DNA of 35,952 nt, from NCBI GenBank assembly GCA_046331705.1, contig JAXLQJ010000027.1, forward strand, positions 62,001 to 97,952, read 5' to 3'. This stretch comes from a bacterium (GTDB lineage: Bacteria > JADJOY01). Positions 16,218-26,661 of this stretch are shown one piece after another; position 1 is the first letter of the stretch; every line of letters starts with the position of its first letter. Both the position numbers and the translations under genes were made by a program. Under the pieces are notes generated by a model that was given only the letters and a program-made list of their open reading frames with translations, was not told where the DNA came from and did no database searches.

Positions 16218-18803
16218 ATGACCGCTTCGCTGACCGCCGACGCGTTCTTGCTCCAATCGACGTACCGCATCGAGAGCGGACGCGCGGTGGTGCAGCTCTG
16301 GGGGCGGCTCGACGACGGGCGCACGTTCCTGGTGCGCGACACGCGGCAGGTGCCGCATTTCTGGATCCCCGCGAGCGATGCGCCACGCGCGCTCGCGCTG
16401 GGCGCGCGCATCGAGCCCGCTCGCTCCGAAGCGGGTCGCGCCAGCGCCGAGGGCGACCCGGTGGTGCGTGTCGTCGTCGAGCTGCCGTCCCAGGTGCCGC
16501 CGCTTCGCTCCAAGCTGGTGGCGGCTGGCATCCGCTGCTTCGAGGCGGACGTGCGGTTCGCGCTCCGGCCTCTGATCGATCGCGGCATCCGGTCGCGACT
16601 CAGGATCTCGGGCGTGCCGCGCCGGCCGCGTGCGGACGAGGCGGTCGAGGTGGTGTTCGAGGATCCCGCGATCGAAGCGCTCGCCGCGAGCTCGCTCCCC
16701 GCAGCCGCGCGGCCGACGGTGCTGTCGATCGACATCGAGACCGACCCACGCGCGCGGCGTCTGCTGGCGGTGGGCCTGCACGGCTGCGGCCACTCGGAGG
16801 TGTTGCTGCTCACGCCGCCGGGCTACGCCTGTCCCGAGATCGCCACCGCTGCTCGCGACGAGCGTCGGCTTCTGGCGCTCTTCGCGGAGCGCCTGCGCGA
16901 CCTCGATCCCGACGTGCTCACCGGCTGGAACGTCATCGACTTCGATCTGGCGGTGCTGACGCGCATCGCCGCCGCCGAGGGCGTGCCGCTCGCGCTCGGG
17001 CGGGGCCCGGGCGACGTACGGATCCGGCCGGCGCGGAGCTTCTGGGATCGCGCCACCGCGTCCATCCCCGGGCGCGTGGTCCTCGACGGCATCCACGCGC
17101 TCAAGAGCTCGTTCGTGCGCATGGAGAGCTACGCGCTCGATGCGGTCGCGCGCTCGGTGCTCGGCCAGGGGAAGCTCGTCACGGGGAGCGATCGCGCCGA
17201 GGAGATCTTGCGGCTCTTCGAGGAGGACCGCTCGCGGCTGGTGGCCTACAACCTCAACGACGCGCGCCTGGTGCTCGACATCCTGGATCGCCTGGCGCTC
17301 GTCGACCTCGCGGTCGAGCGCAGCCTGCTCACGGGTATGCCACTCGATCGCGTGGGGGCCAGCATCGCGTCGTTCGAGCTCCTCTATCTGGCGGAGATGG
17401 CGCGACGCGGCCTGGCCGGCCCCACCCTCGCGGTCGCGAGCGACGGTGAGGGCGGGGAGAACGTCGCCGCCGACGACGAGCCGCGACTCGATCTCGACGG
17501 TCCGGAGCTTCCGCTCGATGCGCCAGACGCACCCGGGCGCGGCGGCTGGCGCGATGCCCCGTCCGCGCGCTCTCCGGTGCGCGACGCGGGCGCCGCCAGC
17601 GCGCGTGCGGCGCCGATGATGCTCGGCGGACACGTGCTGGAGCCGCGACCGGGGCTCTACGAGTTCGTCGTGGTCTTCGATTTCAAGAGCCTGTATCCGT
17701 CGCTGATGCGGACCTTCCAGATCGATCCGCTGGGCTTCGTGCCAGCCGCGGTCGAGGTCGACGACCCGATCGTGGCGCCGAACGGCGCGCGGTTTCGACG
17801 GGCCCCCGGCATCCTCCCGGCGCTGCTCGACGAGCTCTTCCCGCGTCGCGAGCGCGCCAAGAACGAGCGCCGCCCGCTCGAGGCGCAGGCGATCAAGATC
17901 CTCATGAACTCGTTCTACGGCGTGCTGGGCACCCCCGCGTGCCGATTCTTCAACCCGGAGGTGGCGAACGCGATCACGGCGTTCGGCCGCGAGCTGTTGC
18001 TCTGGACCAAGGCGCGGATCGAAGCGCTCGAGCACGCGGTGATCTACGGCGACACCGACAGCCTCTTCGTGTGGCTCGCGGGCGGCGCCGAACGCACGCT
18101 CGACTCGGCGCGCGCGCTCGAGCTCGGCGAGGCGCTGCGCGCCCGGCTCAACGCGGACCTCGCCGCGCACGTGGCGGATCGCTACCGCGTCGAGTCGAAG
18201 CTCGACCTCGAGTTCGACACGCTCTACCGGAAGTTGCTCTTGCTGCCGCTGCGACACGGCGGCGGCGGCGCGCGCAAGCGGTACGCGGGCTGGGTGGAGG
18301 ACTCGCCGGCGGGGTCCGCCGCCGGGCGCGGCCGGGTCGAGTTCACCGGCATGGAAGCGGTGCGCAGCGATTGGACCGATCTCGCCAAGCGCGTTCAGCA
18401 CGAGCTCTACGCGCGCCTCTTCGAGGGGCGACCGGTCGAGTCGTTCCTGCGCGAGACCGTCGACGAGCTGCGCGCCGGCCGCCTCGACGGCGAGCTGGTG
18501 TACCGGAAGATGCTGCGCAAGGATGCGGCCGCGTACACCAAGACCACGCCGCCGCACGTGGCCGCCGCGCGCGTCAGCGGTGCCAAGCCGGGGGCGGTGG
18601 TGGCGTACGTCGTCACGTCGAACGGCCCCGAGGCGATCGAGCGGCGCACCAGCGCGATCGACCACGAGCACTACGTCGAGAAGCAGATCCGCCCGGTGGC
18701 GGAGCCGGTGCTCGCGGTGCTCGGGCTCGACTTCGACCGCGCGGTGGGTGCTCAGCTCGAGCTCACGCTCGGCCCGCGGGGGCCGAACCGGCGCCGCCGC
18801 TGA
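16218..18803 (+). CDS. polB: DNA polymerase II (family B)
   Basis: ExoI SIDIET, ExoII GWNVIDFD, ExoIII YNLND; polymerase motifs DFKSLYPS, KILMNSFYG, YGDTDSLF, KRYAG; clamp-binding-like QLEL near the C-terminus. Start could also be TTG 16209. Confidence 0.93.
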   Translation: MTASLTADAFLLQSTYRIESGRAVVQLWGRLDDGRTFLVRDTRQVPHFWIPASDAPRALALGARIEPARSEAGRASAEGDPVVRVVVELPSQVPPLRSKLVAAGIRCFEADVRFALRPLIDRGIRSRLRISGVPRRPRADEAVEVVFEDPAIEALAASSLPAAARPTVLSIDIETDPRARRLLAVGLHGCGHSEVLLLTPPGYACPEIATAARDERRLLALFAERLRDLDPDVLTGWNVIDFDLAVLTRIAAAEGVPLALGRGPGDVRIRPARSFWDRATASIPGRVVLDGIHALKSSFVRMESYALDAVARSVLGQGKLVTGSDRAEEILRLFEEDRSRLVAYNLNDARLVLDILDRLALVDLAVERSLLTGMPLDRVGASIASFELLYLAEMARRGLAGPTLAVASDGEGGENVAADDEPRLDLDGPELPLDAPDAPGRGGWRDAPSARSPVRDAGAASARAAPMMLGGHVLEPRPGLYEFVVVFDFKSLYPSLMRTFQIDPLGFVPAAVEVDDPIVAPNGARFRRAPGILPALLDELFPRRERAKNERRPLEAQAIKILMNSFYGVLGTPACRFFNPEVANAITAFGRELLLWTKARIEALEHAVIYGDTDSLFVWLAGGAERTLDSARALELGEALRARLNADLAAHVADRYRVESKLDLEFDTLYRKLLLLPLRHGGGGARKRYAGWVEDSPAGSAAGRGRVEFTGMEAVRSDWTDLAKRVQHELYARLFEGRPVESFLRETVDELRAGRLDGELVYRKMLRKDAAAYTKTTPPHVAAARVSGAKPGAVVAYVVTSNGPEAIERRTSAIDHEHYVEKQIRPVAEPVLAVLGLDFDRAVGAQLELTLGPRGPNRRRR

Positions 18804-19752
18804 GAAAGGGCAGAGCGGCGGCCAGGAAGCCCGTCGGGTTGTCGACGTGGGCGAAGTGGGAGGCCGCTTCGAGGCGCACGAACTCGGCGTCGGGTATCCG
18901 GGCGCGCAGCCGCTCGCCGACCCGCGGCGGCACCATCGGATCGCGCGGCACGTACACGAGCTGAAGCGGGATCGGAAAGCGCTCGCCGCGCTCCCGGCGC
19001 GCATCGAGCTCACGCGTGAAGGCCGCCATGTGCGACGGCGCCAGCGTCTCGCGCAGCACGCGCGCGAAGGCCACGAGGCCCTCGCGTGTGCGCAGCGCCG
19101 CGGCGTACTCGCGCGTCTCCTCGCGCGACTTCAGCGTTTCGTCGAAGTAGTGGACGTTGCGGTGCACCCAGCGCTCCGGATCGCCGGCGACGAGCTTCGC
19201 GAGCAACGCCGTGCTGCCGGGCAGGGACAGCACCGCGTGGAGCGCGTGCAGGCGCGCGAGCGGAACGCCCGGCGAGTGGAGGTTCACGAGCCGCGACATG
19301 GCCCCGGGATCGCGGAGCGCGAGCCGCATGCAGAGGTAACCGCCGAGCGAGTTGCCGATCGTGGCCGAGCCGCGAATGCCCACCTGGCGCTGGAAGTCGG
19401 CGATCCAGCCCGCCAGCGCGTCCGGGTGGTACGGCGCGTCGGGTTTCGCCGTGCGACCCGCGCCAGGCAGGTCCGGCGCGTACACCGTGAAGTGCGCGGC
19501 GAGCGGCTCGAGCACGTAACGCCACGAGTAGCTCGACGTCATGAGCCCGTGGACGAGCAAGAGCGGCGGGCCCTGTCCGTGGACGCGGTAGTGGACGCGC
19601 AGCTTGCCGAAGTCGCGCGAGTCGAGGGTGGCGTCCACGGCGCGGCTCGCGGCGTACCCGTGTGGAGCGCGTGGAGTCTCGGGCAGCGACGCGAATGGCA
19701 GCTGCCGGAACGGCTTCGCTCGCCGTGGCGGGGGTGTCTGGGCTTCGGGCAT
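18763..19752 (-). CDS. Alpha/beta-fold hydrolase (Ser nucleophile)
   Basis: LLLVHGL, PDLPGAG, GNSLGG elbow, D in VPRDPMV, H in ASHFAH; overlaps the polB 3' end by 41 nt. Confidence 0.85.
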   Translation of the reverse strand: MPEAQTPPPRRAKPFRQLPFASLPETPRAPHGYAASRAVDATLDSRDFGKLRVHYRVHGQGPPLLLVHGLMTSSYSWRYVLEPLAAHFTVYAPDLPGAGRTAKPDAPYHPDALAGWIADFQRQVGIRGSATIGNSLGGYLCMRLALRDPGAMSRLVNLHSPGVPLARLHALHAVLSLPGSTALLAKLVAGDPERWVHRNVHYFDETLKSREETREYAAALRTREGLVAFARVLRETLAPSHMAAFTRELDARRERGERFPIPLQLVYVPRDPMVPPRVGERLRARIPDAEFVRLEAASHFAHVDNPTGFLAAALPFLSGGAGSAPAGRA

Positions 19753-19785
19753 CGTCGGGGCCTCGGGTGAGCGCGTGAGCGGGCG

Positions 19786-21279
19786 TCACTCCGCGGGGAA
19801 AGCGTAGAGCGTTCCGTCGACCCCACCGATCACGACCAGCCCCTCGGCGATCGCTGGTGCGGCGACGAAGCCCTGCAGGAAGGCGCCCTCGGCGGTGGAC
19901 ATGGGCCAGCTCCAGCGCAGCCTCCCGCTGGCGCGATCGAGGGCGACTAGCGCGGCGGCTTGCGGGACCCAGAAGCTCGCGCGTCGGCGTGCACCCGACA
20001 CGCCCGCGTACACCCGGGTCGCTGTCAGCGCCGGGCGTTCCAGGACCCAGCCGCCCACGTCGGTGCGCCACTCGTTCCGACCGGTCGAGGTGTCGATGCT
20101 CGAAACCCGGAACAGATCGCCCGAGCCGATGTAGGCGCGCGCGCCGTCGATCACCGCGGTGGACTCGACCCACGATCCCCACCAGAACTGGCTCCACAGC
20201 GCCGCGCCGTTGGCGGCGTCGAGCGCGAGCAGCTTGCTGCCTCGCGTGCCCACGATCAGCCGGCCCTGGACGATGGCCGGCGCGCTCGTGATCGGATCGT
20301 GGGCGTCGAGCTCCCACACGGTCGTGCCGGTCGCGCGCTCCACCATCCGCACCAGACCGCTGGTGGTCGCGAACGCGACGTTCGGCCCCGCGACCGCCGC
20401 GCTGGCGCGCACCTTGCCGGCCGCCAGGACGCGCCACGAGCGGGTGCCATCGTCGGCGCGCACGGCGTGGAAGCTGCCGTCGCCGCTGCCCACGTAGAGC
20501 ACCCCGTCCGCGAGGCTCGGACGGGGCGCGCCGCGGTCGTAGTCGAAGATCAGCGGGTTCGGCGATGTTCGCGCCACCTGGCCGTCGCCGAGATCGTAGC
20601 GCCAGCGTTCCTGACCGGTGGCGCGGTCGAGCTTGATCAGGAAGCCGCCGTCGCAGGTGAAGTAGACCGCGTCGTCGGTGACGAGCGCCTCGCCGTAGAT
20701 GGGGCGGCCCGCGGCGAATTTCCACGTGGGGTTGCCGTCGCTCATCGAGATCGCGACCATCACGCCGTCCACGTTTCCGACGTACGCGAGGCCGTCGCGC
20801 AGCGCGGCCGTGGCGAAGATCGCGCCCCCGAGCCGCACCCGCCAGCGCGGGCCGGGACCCCGCGGCGGCGACGTGGCCGCCGCGCGCCGGGGCAGGTGCC
20901 GCGTGCGGTGGAGCTCGAGCGTGGCCTTGGGTTCCTCGAGCAAGCCGCTCACCAGGATCTGCTCGCCGCTCACGACGATCTCGAGGTCGGCTGCGGGCAC
21001 GCGGTAGCGGCCGTCGGCAACCTTCTCCACGGCGCCCAGCGGCACGCCGAAGAAGTGCACCAGGTCGCAATGGAGCAGCGCGGCGAGCGCGCCGGATCCG
21101 TCACGGCTCACGTCGAGGCCGAATACGGCACGGTTGTCGGCGGGACCGGCCTCGCCCGCCCAGCGTCCTTCGATCGCTTCGCGAGGTGTGGCCGCGGCCG
21201 CCGCCGCGCTCGGTGCGGCGGGTGCTGGCAGGAGGGTCGCGGTCAGGCATCCGACGAGCGCCCAGCGCGCGATCCGCAT
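19786..21279 (-). CDS. Secreted PQQ-like (BamB-type repeat) beta-propeller protein, paralog 2
   Basis: Signal peptide; repeated A(L)DxxxGxxxW blades; about 120-aa N-terminal extra domain. Confidence 0.85.
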   Translation of the reverse strand: MRIARWALVGCLTATLLPAPAAPSAAAAAATPREAIEGRWAGEAGPADNRAVFGLDVSRDGSGALAALLHCDLVHFFGVPLGAVEKVADGRYRVPAADLEIVVSGEQILVSGLLEEPKATLELHRTRHLPRRAAATSPPRGPGPRWRVRLGGAIFATAALRDGLAYVGNVDGVMVAISMSDGNPTWKFAAGRPIYGEALVTDDAVYFTCDGGFLIKLDRATGQERWRYDLGDGQVARTSPNPLIFDYDRGAPRPSLADGVLYVGSGDGSFHAVRADDGTRSWRVLAAGKVRASAAVAGPNVAFATTSGLVRMVERATGTTVWELDAHDPITSAPAIVQGRLIVGTRGSKLLALDAANGAALWSQFWWGSWVESTAVIDGARAYIGSGDLFRVSSIDTSTGRNEWRTDVGGWVLERPALTATRVYAGVSGARRRASFWVPQAAALVALDRASGRLRWSWPMSTAEGAFLQGFVAAPAIAEGLVVIGGVDGTLYAFPAE

Positions 21280-21294
21280 GCCGTCCTCGCTTCC

Positions 21295-22770
21295 TCAGTC
21301 CGCGGCGAACCCGTAGAGGGTGCCGTCGAGGCCGCCGACGACGAGCGTGTCGCCGTCGAGCGCGGCGCCGGCGGCGAATCCCCAGTACATCGCGCCAGGT
21401 GGCTCTCGCACGGGCCAGCGCCAACGCAGCTTGCCGGTGCGGCGATCGAGCGCCGCCAGCGCCGCGACGTGGCGGATCTCGTACGGCGAGACGCCGCTGG
21501 TCGCGACGATGACCGAGCGCGGCGTGAGCAGGGGCGCGCCCCACGACCAGCCGAAGACGTCGGTGCGCCACGCGATGCGACCGTCGACGGGATCGAACGC
21601 CGTGACGCGGCGCAAGTCCGACGAGCCGACGTACGCGAGCCCGTCGTCGCCGGCGACCGCGGTCGACTCGACCCACGAGCCCCAGAAGCTCTGTTTCCAG
21701 CGCGTCTCGCCGGTGGCGGGATCGAGTGCCGCGAGCAGGCTGCCGCGGGTGCCGATCACGAGCCGATCGCCGATGAACGCGAGACCGCTGGTGACCGCCC
21801 CCTTCACGTCGCGTCGCCAGCGCTCGTTTCCGCTGGCGCGGTCGAGCGCCATCACCCAGCCGTCGAGGGTGCCGAGCGCCACGAGATCGCCCTGGATCGC
21901 GGCCGTGGCGCGGATCTTCCCGGGAGCTTGGATGCTCCAGGCGCGGGCGCCGGTCGCCGCGTTCACGGCGTGGAAGCCGCCGTCTCCCGCGCCCACGTAC
22001 ACGAGGCCATCGGCGAGCACGGGCGCGGGGGCTTCGTGGTCGTAGTCGAACACGGCGGGGTGCGGCAGCACGCGCGCGACTCGCCCGTCGCCGAGATCGT
22101 AGCGCCACTTCTCCTGGCCGCTGCCGCGATCGAGCCGGAAGAGAAATCCGTTGTCGCACACGAAGTAGACCGCGTCCTCGGTGACGAGCGCTTCGCCGAA
22201 GATCGGACGGCCCGCGGCGAAGGTCCAGCGAAGCCGCCCGTCGGCGAGGTCGACGGCGTGGAGGATGCCACCCGAGGTGCCCACGTACGCGACGTGATCG
22301 TGCACCGCGGCGGTGGCCCAGATCGGCGCGCCGAGCTGCGCCCGCCAGCGCGGTCCCGGACCCTGGGGAAGCCGTGCGGGAAGCGGTGGGTCGGCAGGCA
22401 ACGTGCGGGAGCGGTGGAGCTCGACGGGCGCGATTCCGCCCAGCGTGCCGTGGAGCCGCTCGCCGTCGAGAGCCAGCTCGAGACCGAGCTCGGGCACCTG
22501 GTAGTGGCCGTCGGCGGTCGCTTGGAACGAAGGCAGCGGCGCGCCGTAGTAGTTGATCGCGTCGAGATAGAGCGCTCCGCCGAGCGCTCCTCGTGCGTCC
22601 CGCCGGATCTCGAGTCCGAGGGTGGCGGTGTTCCCCGGCACGCCCGCGGTGCCGAGCCATTTGCCCTCGACGGCATCGCGGGCGCCGGCGACGGGGGCGA
22701 GAAACGCCAGGACGAGCGCCAACGCGAGCGTCCCGCCGAAGCGGCGCTCTGCGCGTGCGGAGAACCTCAT
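21295..22770 (-). CDS. Secreted PQQ-like beta-propeller protein, paralog 1
   Basis: Signal peptide ending PVAGA; blades AVDLADGRLRW, ALDRASGNERW, ALDPATGETRW, ALDRRTGKLRW; collinear with 19786-21279. Confidence 0.85.
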   Translation of the reverse strand: MRFSARAERRFGGTLALALVLAFLAPVAGARDAVEGKWLGTAGVPGNTATLGLEIRRDARGALGGALYLDAINYYGAPLPSFQATADGHYQVPELGLELALDGERLHGTLGGIAPVELHRSRTLPADPPLPARLPQGPGPRWRAQLGAPIWATAAVHDHVAYVGTSGGILHAVDLADGRLRWTFAAGRPIFGEALVTEDAVYFVCDNGFLFRLDRGSGQEKWRYDLGDGRVARVLPHPAVFDYDHEAPAPVLADGLVYVGAGDGGFHAVNAATGARAWSIQAPGKIRATAAIQGDLVALGTLDGWVMALDRASGNERWRRDVKGAVTSGLAFIGDRLVIGTRGSLLAALDPATGETRWKQSFWGSWVESTAVAGDDGLAYVGSSDLRRVTAFDPVDGRIAWRTDVFGWSWGAPLLTPRSVIVATSGVSPYEIRHVAALAALDRRTGKLRWRWPVREPPGAMYWGFAAGAALDGDTLVVGGLDGTLYGFAAD

Positions 22771-22800
22771 GCTCGCCAGCTCATTCGCCGCAGCCCGCGC

Positions 22801-23796
22801 TCACCGCTCGCTATCCATGTGCGCCAGAACGGGATCCGGATAACGACCGCCAGCGGCGGCACCCGCCGGCACGGCGTTCTCGATGCGCGCGAGCGTGTCC
22901 GCCGACAGCGTGAGCGAGCTCGCCGCCAGCGACTCCGCGAGGCGCTCGCGCGTGCGCGCGCCGATCAGCGGCACGATGTCCGAGCCGCGCGACATCACCC
23001 AGGCGAGCGCGACTTGCGCGACGGTGGCGCCGCTCGCGGCGGCGACGGCGCGCAGCGCCTCCACCAAGGCCAGGTTCCGCTCGAGGTTGGCGCCAGTGAA
23101 TCGCGGCGAGAACCCTCGAAAGTCGCCGCCGGCCAGCGCGCGATCCTTGGACCAGTGGCCGCTCAGCAAGCCGCGCGAGAGGACGCCGTACGCGGTGATG
23201 CCGATCCCCAGCTCGCGGCACACCGGCAGAATCTCCGCCTCGATGCCGCGCGAGAGCAGCGAGTACTCGAGCTGCACGTCGCAGATCGGGTGCACGGCGT
23301 GGGCACGCCGAATCGTGCTCGCTCCCACCTCGGAGAGGCCGATGTGACCGACGAGCCCGGCGCGCACCAGCTCGGCGATGGCGCCCACGGTGTCCTCGAT
23401 GGGCACCTGGGGGTCGAGGCGGGCGGGGCGGTAGACGTCGATGTGTTCCGTGCCGAGGCGGCGCAGGCTGTAGGCGACGAAGTTCCGGATGGCGACGGGG
23501 CGCGCGTCGACACCGTTCCAGCCGCCCGCGTGATCGCGCAGGGCGCCGAACTTCACGCTGATGCGCACCTCGTCGCGGCGTCGCCCGGCGAGGGCGTCGC
23601 GGATCAAGAGCTCGTTTTGCCCCATCCCGTAGAAGTCGCCGGTGTCGAGGAGCGTGACCCCGGCATCGAGGGCGGCGTGGATGGTGGCGATGGATTCGCG
23701 GGGATCGGCCGGACCGTAGAGGTCCGACATGCCCATGCAACCGAGACCGATGGCGGAGACTCGCGGACCCGTGCTGCCGAGCGTGCGTCGTTCCAT
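22801..23796 (-). CDS. Aldo/keto reductase
   Basis: IGLGCMGMS, DTGDFYG, VKFG, IGLSE, QLEYSL, QVALAWV, PLIG. Confidence 0.92.
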   Translation of the reverse strand: MERRTLGSTGPRVSAIGLGCMGMSDLYGPADPRESIATIHAALDAGVTLLDTGDFYGMGQNELLIRDALAGRRRDEVRISVKFGALRDHAGGWNGVDARPVAIRNFVAYSLRRLGTEHIDVYRPARLDPQVPIEDTVGAIAELVRAGLVGHIGLSEVGASTIRRAHAVHPICDVQLEYSLLSRGIEAEILPVCRELGIGITAYGVLSRGLLSGHWSKDRALAGGDFRGFSPRFTGANLERNLALVEALRAVAAASGATVAQVALAWVMSRGSDIVPLIGARTRERLAESLAASSLTLSADTLARIENAVPAGAAAGGRYPDPVLAHMDSER

Positions 23797-23875
23797 CCGC
23801 TCTCCGCGTTCCCGCCCGGGGTCGAACGAACGAGGCGGTCTCGACCCGCGCGTCGAGGCTCCCTCGCGCGCGCCT

Positions 23876-24883
<1,008 letters not shown>

Positions 24884-24889
24884 GACGAA

Positions 24890-24918
24890 ACTCTAGGTTG
24901 GCCGCCGGGGTCGGTCAA
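24890..24918 (-). promoter_or_regulatory. sigma70 promoter predicting a leaderless dehydrogenase mRNA
   Basis: TTGACC, 17 nt, TAGAGT, 6 nt, then ATG 24883; no SD. Confidence 0.65.
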
Positions 24919-24943
24919 CGGGCGGCGCGAGCGCTCGCGCCGC

Positions 24944-26647
24944 TCAGCGTTCGAGGCCGATGTTGCGCGCCGTGCGCAACGCCAGCGCTTGGATCGTGCA
25001 GAGCGGGTTGTTGCCCGATGCGGTGCAGAAGACCGCGCCGTCGCAGCAGTAGAGATTGCCGAGGTCGTGGAAGCGGCCGAACGCGTCGGTGACCGAGGTG
25101 GAGGGGTCGGTGCCCATCCGCAATGTGCCCATGATGTGGCGGGTGTCGGGGGGGCCGCCGAAGACCACCGGGATCCAGAAGCCGTACTGGGCCCCCGCGG
25201 CGCGATGGATCTCGACCATCTTCGGGCCGTAGAAGGCGCTGGCGCCGAGCTCGAAACGGTGCGGCGCCGAGGTGACGCGCGGGACGGGCAGCCCGTAGAC
25301 GTCGACGACCTCGGGATCGAGATCGACGCGGTTGGTGTGCTGCGGCGCGTCCTCGGCCTGCATCAGAAGCGCGGCGAGGTGGTCGCGCAGCGGGCTGAAC
25401 TGCATCAGGCGCTGAAGCGCCGCGCCGCGCTGGGGGCTGGGGACGCGCTGGGCGTATTCGAGCGCCTCGGAGATCGGCTCGGGCTCCGCTGCCGAGAGCT
25501 CGATGATGCCGCCGAGGGGATGGTTCGCGAGATCGTCGGGGTCGCCCCGGAAGTCGAGCAGCCCGCCGCTCACGGCGCGTCCGCGGTGGCCGTGGATCCG
25601 CTGCGGGTAGAGACCCACCGAGATCGTTTGCCAATGGAACATCAGGTTTCGGCCCACCTGGCCGCTGGCGTTGCCGAGACCGGCGCCGTCGGGATCGGAG
25701 AGCAGCAGGAGCCGGGCATCCTCGATGGGCGAGGCGGCGAGGACGTAGACCGCCGCGCGCACGGTCTCGCGCTCGCCCTCCGGCCCGACGTAGTCGACGC
25801 CGGTGATCTCGCCGTTGGCGTGCGCGAGCCGCGTGACCCGGCATTCGGAACGAAGCTGCACGCGGCCCGTGAGCAGCGCCTCCCGCAGCCAGGTGACGGC
25901 CCCCGAGCTCTTGGCGTTCGTCGGGCAGCCGTAGCCCGAGCAGAAGCCGCAATCGTTGCACGCCGGGCGCCCTCGATAGGGAACCGACAGGACCGCGCTG
26001 GGATAGGGGAACGGGTGATAGCCGAGCTTGCTCGCACCCGCGGCCAGCACGACGTGGTTGTACATGGGGTTGCCGGGCGGCGTGGGGAACTCGTTCTTGC
26101 GCGGTGGATCGAACGGGCTCGCGCCGCGCTTGCCCTGAACGCCGATGAAGACCTCGGCCTCGTCGTAGTAGGGCTCGAGCTCGTCGTAGGTGAGCGGCCA
26201 GTCGACGAAGCTGGTTCCCGCATAGAGCGACGCGAGCTTGCCCAAACGGAAATCGAACGGCGCGAAGCGCACGTACTTGGCGTCGGAGTGCACCATGCCG
26301 CCGCCCACGATCTTGGGCAGGTCGTTGACGTCGTTCTCCACGCGAGCGCGCTGCGAGTCGCGCAGCCGGAAGGTGCGAGGCTCGGCGAGGCCTTGTTGCT
26401 GGAGGAAGTTCCGGACGCTGTGCTTGATCTCGTCGTTGGAGAAGAGCGGGATCGGCTGGCGGGTCGGATCGTCCAGGCCGAGGAAATGGTTGGGGCCAGC
26501 CTCCAGGCACAGGACCGAGGCACCGCGCCGGGCGAGCTCCCAGCACGCCACCGAGCCGCCGGCGCCGGAGCCGATCACGATCGCGTCGAATTGCGCGAGC
26601 GCGGTGTTCCCGACGACACGTGGCACCGGACCGGGGCGCTGGCTCAT
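24944..26647 (-). CDS. GMC-family flavoprotein dehydrogenase large subunit (gluconate/2-ketogluconate dehydrogenase-like)
   Basis: IGSGAGG FAD motif, WPLTYDELEPYY, Cys cluster CNDCGFCSGYGC, VGRNLMFH, HIMGTLRMG, ASGNNP. Start placed at ATG 26647, just after the partner gene. Confidence 0.9.
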   Translation of the reverse strand: MSQRPGPVPRVVGNTALAQFDAIVIGSGAGGSVACWELARRGASVLCLEAGPNHFLGLDDPTRQPIPLFSNDEIKHSVRNFLQQQGLAEPRTFRLRDSQRARVENDVNDLPKIVGGGMVHSDAKYVRFAPFDFRLGKLASLYAGTSFVDWPLTYDELEPYYDEAEVFIGVQGKRGASPFDPPRKNEFPTPPGNPMYNHVVLAAGASKLGYHPFPYPSAVLSVPYRGRPACNDCGFCSGYGCPTNAKSSGAVTWLREALLTGRVQLRSECRVTRLAHANGEITGVDYVGPEGERETVRAAVYVLAASPIEDARLLLLSDPDGAGLGNASGQVGRNLMFHWQTISVGLYPQRIHGHRGRAVSGGLLDFRGDPDDLANHPLGGIIELSAAEPEPISEALEYAQRVPSPQRGAALQRLMQFSPLRDHLAALLMQAEDAPQHTNRVDLDPEVVDVYGLPVPRVTSAPHRFELGASAFYGPKMVEIHRAAGAQYGFWIPVVFGGPPDTRHIMGTLRMGTDPSTSVTDAFGRFHDLGNLYCCDGAVFCTASGNNPLCTIQALALRTARNIGLER

Positions 26648-26661
26648 GGCGGGCCGAAGGC

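Noticed and set aside
17430-17624. Intein in polB
   Set aside because: No N-terminal Cys/Ser block, no His-Asn end, and too short.
19786-22770. PQQ-dependent dehydrogenases or BamB
   Set aside because: Only the generic propeller repeat is present. There is no catalytic signature, no lipobox and no bam or pqq neighbours.
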